Assembly (NCBI GenBank): GCA_025201805.1
Contig: MU619252.1
Span: forward strand, 124,001 to 188,000
Reading direction: 5' to 3'
DNA: 64,000 nt
From: Parasitella parasitica NRRL 2501
Taxonomy: Eukaryota > Fungi > Mucoromycota
Positions 14,201-28,058 of the stretch are shown here, piece by piece. The notes beneath the pieces are model-generated. The model was given only the letters and a program-made list of their open reading frames with translations, had not been told where the DNA came from and did not search any database. The first letter of the stretch is position 1. Each line of letters opens with the position of its first letter. Made by a program: the position numbers and the translations under genes.

Positions 14201-15379
14201 CAACATTTTTGTGCGCACTAGTCTTTAGACGTAACATTGTATATTAGAATCGGCGATTTGCATCCAGATTGCTTACTGGACCCCAGTTTGCCATTGAATG
14301 TGCCTAGCGCTGAAACTTCACTGCAAACTGAAATGGTTGGAAATCTAGGGTCCCAGCTAGACGATTATCTGCAAAAAGAAGCACACAACAACCAGCAGCA
14401 AGAATCCGATGTGTAAGTCGATTATGCGTTATCTCACTCTACTTTTTCAGTAACCAGATTATGCAGTCAACTTTGGTATTCAAAAATGAACATGCTGAGG
14501 AAAAAGGAAATAGAAGATGGCGTTCTACAACGTGGCGAGTCTATGCAGACACATCTGATGGCTAATTTTAGTTCCAGAAAGGACTTTTTGCCATCGTTCC
14601 CCATTGAAGCCGAAAAACCACATGTGCCGTTCCAGCAGAGCAGATTGCTGATGAGCCATATGGGCTTTATCAACTACCACCATCTGAAAAACGGCTCATT
14701 CCAAATGCTGAACAAGACGCCAGCATTGTACCGAGATTTAAGAGGATTGGACAAGAAGCACGGGTGAGTACTCTGCTCCTTATTTTGATGGAAAATTCTA
14801 TTCTTATATTAAACTCTAATCAACCAACCAGGCGTGAAACCATGAAAATCGGCCTGATTTTCGTCGCTTACGGCCAAGAAGACGAGCAGAGCATTCTGCA
14901 AAATAGCCGAGGCTCAGAGAGATACAATGCATTTGTCAACAGCTTGGGCTGGGATATTGATATTGCAACGCACACAGGCTATCTTGGTGGTCTAGAAAGG
15001 AATCCAGCCAATGGCACAAAGGCAACCTACTATTGTTCATCAACTGTCGAAATGATCTTCCATGATGTAACTAAAATGCCCACCTCCGTTTCTGATTTCA
15101 AGCAATTAAAAAAGGTTTGTATCACTGTTTACGACGAGATTGGCTAGATTTCTCACACCACCACGTAACAGAAACGACACATAGGTAATGATCACGTACA
15201 TATAATCTGGAATGAGCATGACCGGGACTATAAGATTGACACTATTGGTGGTGATTTCGGCAATGCACAAATTGTCGTTACGCCATTGCCTGGTGGTCTG
15301 TATTCAATTCAGGTTTACCGTGATGGAAAGGTTAGTTGATAATGTTATCCAGTGTTGTTTCACTTGTTTTTTTCACACT

Positions 15380-15410
<31 letters not shown>

Positions 15411-15725
15411 AGATTCCATATTTTGGGCCATTATTTGATCGAATGATCGTATCACAGCCCATCTTGGGATGCCTTGTTAGATCAACAGCTATCGATGCAT
15501 TCCGAGCGTCTGTACATATGAATCTGCATTCATTTTATACATGCGTCTATGCGCAGAGATCCAATGATGTTAAAACAATAACCAACAGACACACTGTTGC
15601 AAATTGGTAAGTTGAACAGAACCGAGAAGAAAAAAAAGAAAAAAAAAGGAAACTAAAAACACTACAACAATAGGAGTTATGAACAATTCATGGAAAAAAT
15701 CTTTATGCCAGAGGAGCAAGCATAA
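8277..15725 (+). CDS. RALGAPA: Ral GTPase-activating protein alpha subunit (Rap-GAP domain), ~18 exons
   Basis: N-terminal LRKIFLYVPE..W..HNIAIIL..GNHPRLR..G..LLLLW matches RALGAPA. The C-terminal Rap-GAP domain reads RETMKIGLIFV..GQEDEQSIL.N..GS, GYLGGL, FHDVTKMP, KKRHIGNDHVHIIWNEH. Spliced frame ends ..MPEEQA* at 15723-15725. Contains poly-Gly and Gly-Ala tracts. Confidence 0.9.
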
Positions 15726-15802
15726 AAATGACCCCCCCCCACAAAAATCTTGATTTCCATTATCTCTCTCTCTCTCTCTTTCATTTTTCTATTTTGCTTG
15801 AC

Positions 15803-16255
15803 ATGTACCCTATCAATACTTTACCATCCACAACTGCTCCCAATACTCCTACCACCAACACCAAACGCAATCCACCGCAAAAAAAGCTCGATAAATCATC
15901 TCCAACGTCAACATTACCACCATTATTATTAAATAGCTTGCATCAAGAATGGCCACTCCAAGAATATCAGGAAAAACGCATTATGTGTGCATTATCACAA
16001 CAACAACTATTATCTCCACTCTTTGACGAAGAATTTTCAGACGAAGGAGAGCTATTAGACGAAGAGGAGGACGATGATGATGATAACCACAACATTTCTC
16101 CTACTGCATCCTATTTTTCTGACCGTGCCATATTTCAACTTGACTCTAAAATTCGTCGGCAATCCTTATCAAATTCCTTGAGATGTTCGTTATGTCAACG
16201 ACGATTTCATTCTCAAGGCAATTTGTCTAATCATGTTCAACTTTACCATTATTGA
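15803..16255 (+). CDS. Small protein with one C-terminal C2H2 zinc finger
   Basis: CSLCQRRFHSQGNLSNHVQLYH after an acidic tract; ATG at 15803 follows a pyrimidine-rich leader. Confidence 0.65.
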   Translation: MYPINTLPSTTAPNTPTTNTKRNPPQKKLDKSSPTSTLPPLLLNSLHQEWPLQEYQEKRIMCALSQQQLLSPLFDEEFSDEGELLDEEEDDDDDNHNISPTASYFSDRAIFQLDSKIRRQSLSNSLRCSLCQRRFHSQGNLSNHVQLYHY

Positions 16256-16459
16256 TTTAATAAAATACCCCTTCCGCTCTTATCATATTTTATGGCTGTA
16301 AAAACCCGCTGGATGACTTTTGGCGACATCCTAAACAATAAAGCACGGAATTCTTTTTCTGTGAGACATGGATGGCATATTGGCATCTACGAGAGAAAAA
16401 AAAAAAACTGAACTTGAAAGCTGTTTTTCTTTGTATTCGTCTTTTTCTCCAGGCCCATC

Positions 16460-17564
16460 ATGAAAAGCTCATTATTTTTGCTATTTTTGTCTCTGTTGCA
16501 GTTGACACATTGTTACAAGTCCTTGACAAATGAATCCCTGAGGCATTTATCCAAGCTAAACGACCACGAGAGACTTTCTGTCAACGGAAGTTTGATGAAA
16601 CCTTTGCTTGTCGAAAGAGTCTCGGGTACATTAGCAAACAAACAGGTGCGCCAATACATTGTAGACCATTTTCAAAACCTGGGCTGGCATGTGGAAATCG
16701 ATGAATTTGAGGACATGACGCCCTTTGGAGTCAAACCTTTCGCCAACATCATTGCCACTCAAAAAATAGAAAAGCCATCACGATTTGTGCTCGCAGCCCA
16801 CTACGATTCCATGTATTCGCCCGACTTTGAGTTCATTGGAGCGACAGACAGCGCAATACCCTGTGGCATCTTGATGAATGTCGCAGAAACCCTCAACGAT
16901 CTGCTTTCGTCCAGCTATTCCAATGCAGAAAAAACTGTCCAGATGATATTTTTCGATGGAGAAGAAGCGTTTGAAAAGTGGAGCCCAACCGATTCGATCT
17001 ACGGAGCTAGACACCTTGCAAATCACTGGGAATCTACACTAGTGTCCCATCCGAAAAAGACGTTCAAGACCAAGCTGGACCAAATCGAGGTGATGGTCCT
17101 GCTGGACTTGTTAGGAGCAACTAATACACAATTCCCCAATTTCTATCGTTCTACAAGCTGGCTGTTTGATAAACTAATGAATCTGGAAAATAGATTAAAT
17201 AATCAATCGATTCTCAAGACCATTTCAGCAAAGACGGGTGAAGCCTTAATATCGCTATTTAATCCAAATTCTTTCTTGACATACAGAGGAGAAGCGATAG
17301 GAGATGACCATGTCCCATTTTTAACGCGTGGAGTAAACATTCTACATATGATACCATATCCGTTTCCTAACGTGTGGCACAATAGACTTGTAAGGTTTAT
17401 ATTATCTCATGTGCATTTATTAGACATCATTAACTCTGTTAATCTCATTGCAGGACAATGCAGACTGTATTGATCAGGCTGTAGTTGAAAACTTGGCCGT
17501 CATTTTTCGTACCTTTACTGCAGAATATTTAGAATTGAATCCCTTACCACATAATGAATTGTAA
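16460..17564 (+). CDS. QPCT: Glutaminyl-peptide cyclotransferase (M28 family), signal peptide, C-terminal HNEL
   Basis: AAHYDS, GATDSA.PC, FFDGEEA, SIYGARHLA, LLDLLG, DDHVPF, FP.VWH. One intron ~17390-17453. Confidence 0.92.
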
Positions 17565-17736
17565 AATGCTCTCCCTTAAAATTTATATATAACTGTACAC
17601 GATGTAATTCTCTTTATTTGTACAAGAATGATATAAAATTTGTAAACGTATTAAAGCCATCCATTCCTATCTTTTTTTTTTTTTTTTTTTTTTCTCATCT
17701 TCATCTTTCTTTCTTTCTTTATCATTGCACCCAGAA

Positions 17737-18216
17737 ATGCCAAACACAAATCAAATCCTGTTTATTGCCATGATTTCGATCCTATTTTCGCTTGCCATTA
17801 TTGGTATTTACATATTAATGAACAAGGCGAGCAATAGAAGAAGAGAGTTGTTTGATCTAGAGCAACGTCTCCAGGCACAGGAAAGACAGCTATCGCTCAA
17901 AAACAAGGAAATCGACATGTATCAGCCTGCCATGATCAAGCAAGGCCTTCAAATCATCCCACAAGCAAAGCCAACAGTCCCATATGTCATCATGACACCT
18001 CAAAAGAAATTATCAAAACGTGAATCATTGCTCGAAAAGATCTATGGATCTCGCAACGTCTCTTCGCCACCCTTCCTGCCATCGACAACATCACCCCAAA
18101 AACCAAGCACAATGCGACCTCCTTCATTTTTACCAATGCAAGAGAATTACAGCCCACCTGCTTATGGTGATTACCGTACATCAATGCCTATCATCATATC
18201 TGACTCAAAACAATAA
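17737..18216 (+). CDS. Hypothetical single-pass membrane protein with coiled coil and PPxY motif
   Basis: Hydrophobic ILFIAMISILFSLAIIGIYIL, basic stop-transfer, Pro-rich tail with PPAY. Confidence 0.6.
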   Translation: MPNTNQILFIAMISILFSLAIIGIYILMNKASNRRRELFDLEQRLQAQERQLSLKNKEIDMYQPAMIKQGLQIIPQAKPTVPYVIMTPQKKLSKRESLLEKIYGSRNVSSPPFLPSTTSPQKPSTMRPPSFLPMQENYSPPAYGDYRTSMPIIISDSKQ

Positions 18217-18969
18217 CATATCCCCCCTTTAAGTTTATCACTGATGTTCTTACCCCCTCCCCTCCTCCTTTCTTTTTTCGACTCCTTGAAAATTCATTTT
18301 GACATTTGATATATCATTCATATTATATAGCATATATAGAATAAATTATTCTTTTTTTTTTTTTCTTTCATTCAATCTATTGTATGACTATATATAATCA
18401 CAATCTAATCGCATGGCTTGTAAAAAGGCTAGCTTGGTTGCATAAGGTTTAATTTACTAAATACTTAGAAAACAGAGCGTCCAAGCACTAGCCGCATGCT
18501 TTTACTTTCGAGGCAGGTTTCGGTAGTAGATTACTTGATTTGTCCATATCATAATATATCGTTATCATTGTATACATATTGGCAAACCGGGTTTTAGTCT
18601 AGATCGGTGTCAATATACTTTCTCCTGACAAATTTCTGAAAAAGTTCTCTCCCATTAATGGACACAATAGGTTTAAAGCATGAAACTGTGCAAGTTTTGT
18701 ACTACCACTAAATTATTAGCATGCAAGTTGGGTATATTACGCCAAGTCCAATTTGGAGTTACACCACTGCACCTATTTAAGATCCACTGTGAGAGTTCCG
18801 TGTTTTGCCAATTTTGAAGCTTTAATTTTAAATTCGTCAAAATTTAAACATTACACAACTCGTCGATAATGCACATATGAAACCAATATTTGAGGTCTCA
18901 CATAACTTCTTTTCCACTGACACATCTGCTTTATCATTTCGCTATAATAAATTTTACTGGCAGTATCGC

Positions 18970-20010
18970 AATGCCTAACAATTCAAATCAAAGTTCCAAT
19001 GTCGCATCAACTGATCCCAGGCATCTCCATAAAAAAAAAGAGGCCCAGACGCAAGAGTCACGGCTGCAAAGCGCAAGGCTATTATCAACGATGTTTCTGA
19101 AGCAGGTAGTTCTGTTCCCAAAGCAGCAAGCGAGCATCCTGTCGCTCCTTGTACTGTAAAGCCTATGATAGAAGTTTATAACGAAGAGGATCGATAGGAG
19201 GTCAAATCCTGAGGCGATTGTCGTAAACAGACAGTCAAATTACTGATGAAGTTTCTGAATACATGAGGGATTGTCCTGATGAGGACAATGCATGATCTTC
19301 AGCAGAAACTACTTTAAGAATTTGCGGTTGAAATATCTTTGTCAACAATGCATCGACATTTGTAATCACAAAATCTCGTACATTTTGAAAGTTTCAAAGC
19401 CGTTGATTGTCAAAAGAAACGATGAAGATACCCTTACGGGTCGGAAAGATTCCGTCAATAAGCTCACAATGAGCAGCATCGACTGTATCCTCGTTGATAA
19501 GCTAGTTTCAATAGTTCCCTAATCAGATAATTTGCAAGATCCGTAAAGGTGAACTAGCTATCGTCTACAATCAAAAGCTAAGAGATGTTGATCTGACCAT
19601 TCTTGCCGCCATCTCTCATAACGGTGCCGAGAAGATTCATGCGAAGTGAGTGCCTGGCGGAACAAATGCTAAGATCCCTCTTGATTTTCTCAAAGTGTTG
19701 GTGGACTCATTGACGGATGAGACAATCCCACAGTAGGCTGTTCTTGATAATGCTCGTATTCATCATACAATCATCGTTCAAGAATGGCACGACAGGGTCA
19801 AAAATGCACAGATTGTCTTGCAATTGTGCTTTCTCCCCCCCCCCCCTCTCCCATACTCTCCCTTCTTGAATCCTGTTAAAAGTACTTCTCAAAGATAAAA
19901 TATTTTGTTTTAAGACAACCTTCGAGTAAGAAGCAAAATTTGGAAACGCTACCAATAAAAGAAGATTGTGAAGGATGGATCAGGCATTGTTTTGAATTTT
20001 TTCTCATTGT
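18970..20010 (+). mobile_element. Degenerate Tc1/IS630-family transposase relic
   Basis: Broken frames give DNARIHH (~19746), FL(P)PYSPFLNP (~19830-19875) and EGWIRHC (~19970), with many stops and frameshifts. Confidence 0.75.
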
Positions 20011-23000
20011 TTGAAGAGAGAAAAAGAGTTATAAATCTCACGTCATTTTACTCTATTTCTACATTTCCTTTAAAAAACTCATTTTCAATGTAAACATTGA
20101 AAGATTCATATAGGATATAGTTTTATGTTTTCAATTCTGTATTTATTACTCCTAGCGCTTTAAAAGTTATAATAAACTGGTAAACTTGAGAAAAAAAGTG
20201 TTAAAGGCTTCGAAGAGTACTCATAATATTAGGGGTAATCATCAAAAAGTACTAGTGTCTATTCTGTTCAGAGAGACTCTTTTCCTCGTAAAAACATTAA
20301 CATCGTGTTGACCCAAGCAAAACATTCTCGACGAGCAACTCTTTTAAAAAAACGATCCTTTAAACGAGCCAACTCTGTCACATCTGACTTGGTTGCGTCA
20401 ATCGCAAGGATAAAACCACAATCCCGCGAAGAATGTTTATAACTGACCTAAGAGTTGAACGTAACAAAGATTCAACAGTTTAAGAATCTCGGCAGGTCAA
20501 AAAACGATAAAATTATAGCTGCGACTGGCTTCGTTTGTTCTTGAGGAAAAGATTCTTTATATTTTTGCATGATGTAGAGTTGTTTTTACTATTTAGCATA
20601 TTGAAACTCTCAGGCTATTTGCAATGTTCAAAATGGTACATATACCAACTCTCTTGCTAAATATACTGGATTTCTTTGAGTCATGTGCAGAGTATGAAAG
20701 CTTTTGACATAATCGACGGGAAGGCCTAACTATTGTGTATGACTTTCTTCTTTTAACTTCCCAAATCAAATGCCAGAAATTGCTTCAAGCAGGGGCATTG
20801 TGCTTGTCATTTGGTAATTGGTTTAAGTAGGTACTTGAAAAGACTCCAGCTCGTGTTCATATTAAGGCAATAGCTTCTCAGGAAGTTAGTATTGATCACG
20901 AATGCCATTTCCACCTCACGTAAATGAAAACCTTGTTATTGCAGTCATTAGTCCTGGGAAATATATTGATGAGCAATTGTGTCTGCGCGTATGTGAGTAG
21001 ACCTATCTCTAATGACGGATTTAGCCTATAGCTTTCATGCATTTAAAATCGGAAACATGGCCAAGAAACCAACCACCATAATGTTCATGCCTTGCGCATC
21101 AAAAGGTGTCATTCATCTCTTGCACGAATCAATCACATAAGACTGCGCATGTTTGCGTATAGATGATGGAGAAAAATTGGATAATTTCATAATAATAAAA
21201 AACACAACGAGAAAATATATTTATTGTCTTTCTACTTTATTTGATTAAAAGAAATCTGGAAGGGAGAAAATTGTCTTGAATAGAGTTATTTATAATTTGT
21301 AAAATAGTTACATTATCAGTGAGAATGTCTATTCTACAGGTACAAAGAAGAATGTCTATTATTGACATTCTCTCACGTAGGATAAAGCTGAGATTTGGAT
21401 ACAACAGTAGATTTTATGTTACATTATTTTGATATTACTGTCAGGATGTTTGTTTAGAAAGCAACCGAGTTCTTTATGGGTTTCAGGATTTGATTCATAT
21501 CTAGGATTAATAAAATTAACTGCGACTTTTATGAACAGATGCTTTCTAATCATAAAACCAAACATAATCAAGCATTGCTTGATATAAAAAGTGTATGAAT
21601 TGTACTTTGATCAGGAGTTCAGTCGCTCATAGGCACTTATAATATTTAGCCTTACTTTTTGTGCCTGCATCTTAATATGAGTGTTCTTTTGAGGCTTAAA
21701 TCGTGGAATTCGACTTAATAAGATAATGATATGACAATAATAGTCTTATTTCATTCCAGATGTGTGCAGAAAAATGAACTGTTGTTGCAGTCATTCTGTG
21801 GTATAAGATAACAATTGACAAACAACAATGGAATAAAATTAAGTTCAATGTGAGTACTTAGGGGATTTCAGCTGCTTCGCTCAGGAAGGTTGAGCTGCAA
21901 TAGTTCCAATCTGACATTCTCGCGCTGAGCGCATTCGTGCGTCTACTTATAAATCGATGAACACAGTTATACCTTATCCTTGCTCTGACAATAGATTAAA
22001 GAGACAGATATTCTTGTCGTGGCAAGTGGAAATCCTAGGCTTGTAAAGGGTGACTGATTTAGGTGCTAATACTATCTCAAATATGTAGCATCTATGCAAG
22101 TTTAATTCGTTTGTAACTCAATTGCTTATTATCAGGTAAATTTGTAATTATACAAGTGCTTAAAATTGAACTATACAGAACTGCTAAGGCCACGTCAGTT
22201 CGACGTATTGAACCGCTCAGACCAAAAGAAACATGGATACTATGTGGTTACCGGGTAATATGCGATTACATGGTTCAGAAATAATCAAGTTTCACGTCAA
22301 CAGGTCATGCATATACTTATAATTAACCTTAGGTGAATATAATTCAACGGCTACAATCAGCATACCAAAACATTAGGAGCACATTTTGCACTACGGTGCA
22401 GCCGGTGGCAATACTCAATTCATTCCAAAGGACGAACCCAGCTTGCATTTAATGGGAGATCTACATGCTGACATTGCTGCCAATAATTTGCTAAGTGTTG
22501 AAGTATATTAAGCTCCCCCTCCCCCTTTAAAAATGTTGCTATTAACCATATTTAGTTCTTGACGCGCGAATGTCCCAGATGCACGCCCCCTTGCAGCTTT
22601 ATTGTTTTCTAAAATTTCCACTATGTAGGCGCTTTCATTCGACTGTGTCCTGCAAGGAATGCTGTCCCTATATCTCCGCCTGTCATGAAGAGATGTCTCG
22701 CAAAATCAGACATTACCAAGGCTCACCCTGATGATTTTTACAAGGATGAAATCGTGCGCTATTTCGTAAAGTTCTCGATTTATACCCCTTAAACTGCCAA
22801 AGATTAGTCGATATAAAGAGCAATTTTTCACGCAAGATGACTATAGTCAAGTTTTTATAGAAAAAGGGATGGAACGATAAACAGATTTTGGTGGCTTTCC
22901 TTCAACAATTAATTGATTTTACGCAAGTGTTTTCACTGCCTACTACTTTTACATCACTTTTATGAGTGTTCATATAGAACAGAAGAGTGAAACAGATGCT

Positions 23001-24074
23001 AAAGCCTAAATTGTTTAATGAAGCTATATTGAAAGCAGGCGCAAGTCATGCAGTCCCCTTTGGTTATTGAGTAGAAGGTGGCCCAAGAGCTATTGATCTC
23101 TATAAGGCTGTCATTACTGCCTGAGACGACAGTACCAAGAAATTTTCAAGTTTTTTAACGACGTTAGCTTTCCTACCTATTAGTAAATTAAGGCCACCTG
23201 CAAAGCACAGGCAGTGAAGTACACTGACCTAAACAAAGAAAAAGTCGCCGTCCATTCTCACCAGGTTTTTACTTTAATTTGTAAATGTATAGCTAAAGCC
23301 TGTATGGTCTAAGTCATACTCTTTGTTAAAGAGTCTTATAATGTATATTCGTTGAATCAGGGCCTCAATAGGAGGTAGACTACTTTATTCTTTGGTCGAA
23401 AAGATACAGACCATAATGTTTCTTCAATAGTTTTTACACAATGGTTTTACTGATTTAAATGATTCAACTGCCGGCAGTCGGGATTCATCGCTCGATCTTG
23501 TTTCTTTGATTCAGATAATGAGGGAGATGAGTTGGGTCTGTTCTAAACAGATAAATAAAATACATGATTCAGCGCTTACCAAAACATTCATGGCTAACTA
23601 TGTTACAATCGTTTTGTTGTAACCACATAAAGGCTACATGTGTAAGATTGAACATATTTATAATGTACGGAGCATGACCTTAATTGTTATTAAGTTTTTT
23701 ACAAATAAGAAATAAGCTACAAGTTGTAAATGAACCTCTTGCAAGGCTCTAGGCTTCATTTAAAGATTACATCAAGATCAGATCCCAAGATGTCGAGAAG
23801 ACATCCTATCCAATCTTCTCTTTAATATGTTTAGAATAGAAGAATAGGTCTGTTATGGAAATGCTGTTATTTAATAATGTTTGACACTTCTTGTCAAACA
23901 TCAGATGTTATATGGATAAACATTGATTAGGACATATTTTAGTATGAATAGAGATTATATCTTATATCAATAAAAGTCTTCAGTTTTGTATCTGGCTTTA
24001 TTCAGAAAAAGTCTTTATTACTTTTTACAAACAACATTTTACTGCGCCTTTTTACACTGACACAACAATCTCAA

Positions 24075-24537
24075 CAACAAAGATAGATATTTTAATCTAG
24101 AAAGCGTGGTGAGGTACAGTTATTGTACCAATATTAGGATGTATACTTGCCCTGGACCCCAAATCCGTACCTGAAGGTTGACCCAAAGTTGAAAACTGAA
24201 AATTGAATATGAAGTTTGGGGTACAAACATAGCAAAATCTCGGATATGTTGTAAAATTCTGCAAAAAAAAGAAGATTTTGGCTGAAGGCTGTCTCTCTAT
24301 TGTTTAATAGTTTGTAAAGATATCAGAGATTGCAGATTTGGCCTTTTGTAAGCGGGGAAAAAGGTAATATTTCAAATTTGGTGGTAATTATTTCATCCAA
24401 AAATAAATATTTACAAATATGGTTTTTGAGCCCGTATTATACAGTATCTCAGCTATCGATTCATATTAATAAATACCGTAATTACCTAGTAGAATCATAC
24501 TATGCTCTTCAATCGAAAATAGGTGTTGCACTCATTT

Positions 24538-24573
<36 letters not shown>

Positions 24574-25620
24574 GCTGTTTGAATCTCAGCAATATGTTTC
24601 CATTTGACCCAAACCAATTTCAAGCTTTTTTCGCATAGTTCAATGCTCTCAAGAACATAATAGGTACATGGGATATAAGTACTATGTGTTTTATGATAAA
24701 AAATAAATTCTTCATTGAACTATGTAAATTAAAAGGCTATAGAAACACTTTTTCTTATTTCCAATTTTCAAATATTCAAAAAACGCCCTTTTTGATAGTT
24801 TTTAAGTAAAATCAAGCATATTTTGAGCACATTCAACTCTATAAAGTTAATCAAACAAACCATCATGTCAATGCCTACACATCGATATTTTTTTCACAAC
24901 TGTAGCTTTATTATATCTGCGAAAAATCAAATTCTTGTCTCGACCAAAATGAATCTACGATTTTCCGGCCCTATGTTTAGAGGGCCAAAATGAAGCGAGA
25001 TTTTCTCATTCAAAAATTGGTATTTTTACATTTAGTAGATAATCAAGTTTTAGAAAGATGTTAATAATAACTTAAACCAAAGTTTCTTGGTAGTTTTTTG
25101 AGAAATAGGCGGACAAAGTTTAACGTGAAAAGACAAAATTTGCCCTAGCTTGTCGAATTCGAGCTTGAATACAACATGTTTATTACCATTAAATGTACCA
25201 AAATGTGCTTTATTACTTTACTCAGGAACTTGAACATGGTTTAATTGCAAAATTTTGTACTTGTTATAGGACCATATGCTGTAAAATTTGGAAAATCTGC
25301 AAAATTTGGTTTTGGGAATATCTTGACAGCAAAGATAGATATCGAGGATCGGAAGACGTAGTGAGGTACAGTTATCATACCAGTATTTGGATGTATACTT
25401 GGCTTGGATTCCAAATCCATACCTAAAAATGACCCTGAAGGTTGACCTAAAGTTGGAAACCGAAAATCGAATATGAGGTTTGGGGTCCAAACATAGCAAA
25501 AACCTGAAAAATGACTAAAGGTACATAAAACTCGGATATGTTGTAAACTGCTGCAAAAAAAGAAGATTTTGGCTGAAGCTTATGTCTCTATCGCTTAACA
25601 TCCCCCTGCAAAGACACCTG
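24075..25620 (+). repeat. Non-coding dispersed repeat, copy A (~1.25-kb unit plus partial second unit)
   Basis: 24109-24310 recurs at 25361-25600 (period 1252); the region is also present inverted at ~53610-55240. Confidence 0.85.
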
Positions 25621-26160
25621 TCATTTTAAGTCAAAATGTACTTTTAATAAGCGGGGTAGTAAGGTAAGATGGTTTAGGTTGAACGGCAATTAATTTGATT
25701 AGAAATGAAATTACATGAAAATTACTTTTGGAAGCCTATTTAGCAAGAACTCGGCCAACATCAAGATATACCAATCTATTAACGGGATTCAATTTGGCGC
25801 CCCTATATCAAAAATAGGGACACGCTAATATGAAAATGTATAATCAGTGTAGAGCGTTTCCGCTTGATACAATATACCATACAATTTTGTAAAACGCAGC
25901 GATTTTAGTCGTTCACTGTTTTGTATATCGCAAGAACAAGGTGAATAGATTTTAAAGTAGCTATATCAATGAGTCCAAAAACCTGAGAAATCATGCTCAT
26001 ATTTGAGCAATGAGAACTAAACCTTTAAACAAAACTGCTAAAGGTGAACTTATTATTGAATAAGATTTATTACATCCTTTTAAATATTATATAATGATAT
26101 TATAAAATTACAGCTATTTATAACTTGGTGAATTAGTATCCAGTAGAAGAAAGAAACCGT

Positions 26161-28058
26161 TTAAATTCGGTGAGTATTGCGATCGGCTTGATGAGTATCA
26201 GGGACATATTCGTATTCTTGCACTTGATAACCGGTGCTGTCGCGCTCCGCATTAGCAGGAAGGTTGCTTTCGCCTTCAGCAAAACGAGCAACAGGATCTC
26301 TATTAAATCTGGAATGGCGAATACTGTAAGTAAAGTATATCACCCATCCAATGCCCATCCAGATAAACAAACGCCAAATGGTTGTCACTTCGGCAACGGC
26401 AATCAATGCGACAGAAATGCCCATACCAATGATAGGGAAGATTAAGGAGAGATACTTTCCACCAGGGATCTTGAAACGACGCTCGATCTCAGGACGAGTG
26501 AATCTCAGCACAATAACACCGAGATGAACAACAAAGAAGGCCAATAATGTACCAACTGAAGTCATATTGCCCAGCAAATCAACGGGAAGAATAGCAGAGA
26601 GAACGGCAGTGATGAACCCAATGGTAAGTGTGGCCACCCAAGGAGTTTTGAACTTGGGATGAACTTTGGCAAAGACAGGAGGTAGGAGACCATCTTTGGC
26701 CATAGCATAAAATACGCGAGACTGAGCAAGCAAATTGATAAGCAAGACCGAGGTCAGGCCACATATAGCACCAAGGGCTACAAGAATGTTGAGCCATTCA
26801 AAATTCTTGCCAGTACGCTCAATAACCTTTTCAACAGCAACAGAAGCCGGTGTAGGAGAATTGTAGAAATCAGTGTACTTGGCAGCACCGGTCATGATGG
26901 TACAGAAAGCAATGTAAAGAACAGTACTGATGGACAGACTGCCGATGATACCAATAGGGAGATCGCGCTGGGGATTCTTTGCTTCAAGAGCTGCAGTTGT
27001 AACAGCATCAAAACCAATATAGCTACAAGCATTCAAGTTAATAATCAATTGCTCATTGCACGAATTTCAGTTCCATATTATATCAGACATACCTGAAAAA
27101 GACAGTGGTAGCAGCTGCAAAGATACCAGGAACACCAAAGAAATGCCAGTTACCAGAGGTATTTGGAGGAATATAAGGATCATAGTTGGGTGTATACATG
27201 AAGCCGCAAAGAGCAAAAATAAAGATGAAAATGACAACCAACTTGATAGAAACGACAATTAGATTGAAAAAAGCGGATTGACGGATACCAATAATCAGGA
27301 TAACCGTGATGAGCATAATGATAACAAAACCGGGAACGTTAAAGTAATGGCCTTGCTTGTACGAGATGGAGGCAGGGTTTTCTGTCCAAGTAAGGGTTGG
27401 TGATGTCCAACTTTCAGCAAAATGGATTTTCCCACCTGAGGCTACAGAGAAAAATTTGACAAAGTAGCCAGACCATCCAACACCTACAGTGGCAGCACCT
27501 ACCATGTATTCAAGAATCAGATCCCAGCCAATAATCCAAGCAACAAATTCACCCATAGTAGCATAAGCATAAGTATAAGCAGAGCCAGCAACAGGGATCA
27601 TTGAAGCCATTTCAGAGTAACTAAGAGCAGCAAAGGCTAAATGATATAAAGATTAGTTGGGTAACGAGCGCATTAGCACACGCCTTACCAGCAGCAATAG
27701 CAGCAACAATGAATGATATTGTAACAGCAGGACCAGCATTTTTAGCAGCAGCTAAACCAGAGAGGACAAAGATGCCGGTACCAATGATGGCACCAATACC
27801 TACAAACACCAGTTGGAAAGCAGACAAGGCACGTCGCAATTCCGAATTCTCTGCATCTCCCCACAGTAATTCAACAGGCTTGATTTGGCCAAGACGGCGG
27901 AACCAGTAGCTTTTAGCTGATTCATTTTCTCTACGCAAATATGAATGTGGATCGACCTTTGTGTATCTTGCAGTAACAGCTTGGAATAAACCACTTTTAT
28001 CTTGTGTGGTGGCCGTTTCGGTAGTTGTTACAACCTGTTCAGTTTTTTCGTCTGGCAT
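26161..28058 (-). CDS. APC-superfamily amino acid permease (CAT-like), 3 exons
   Basis: GIGAIIGTGIFVL, AGPAV.ISF, YSEMASMIPVAGSAYTY, FFSYIGFDAV, SRVFYAMAKDGLLP; multiple TM helices. Confidence 0.93.

Noticed and set aside
22300-23350. Possible LINE relic on the minus strand (GGL.LL, FWN-like motifs)
   Set aside because: Too degraded to support from sequence alone.
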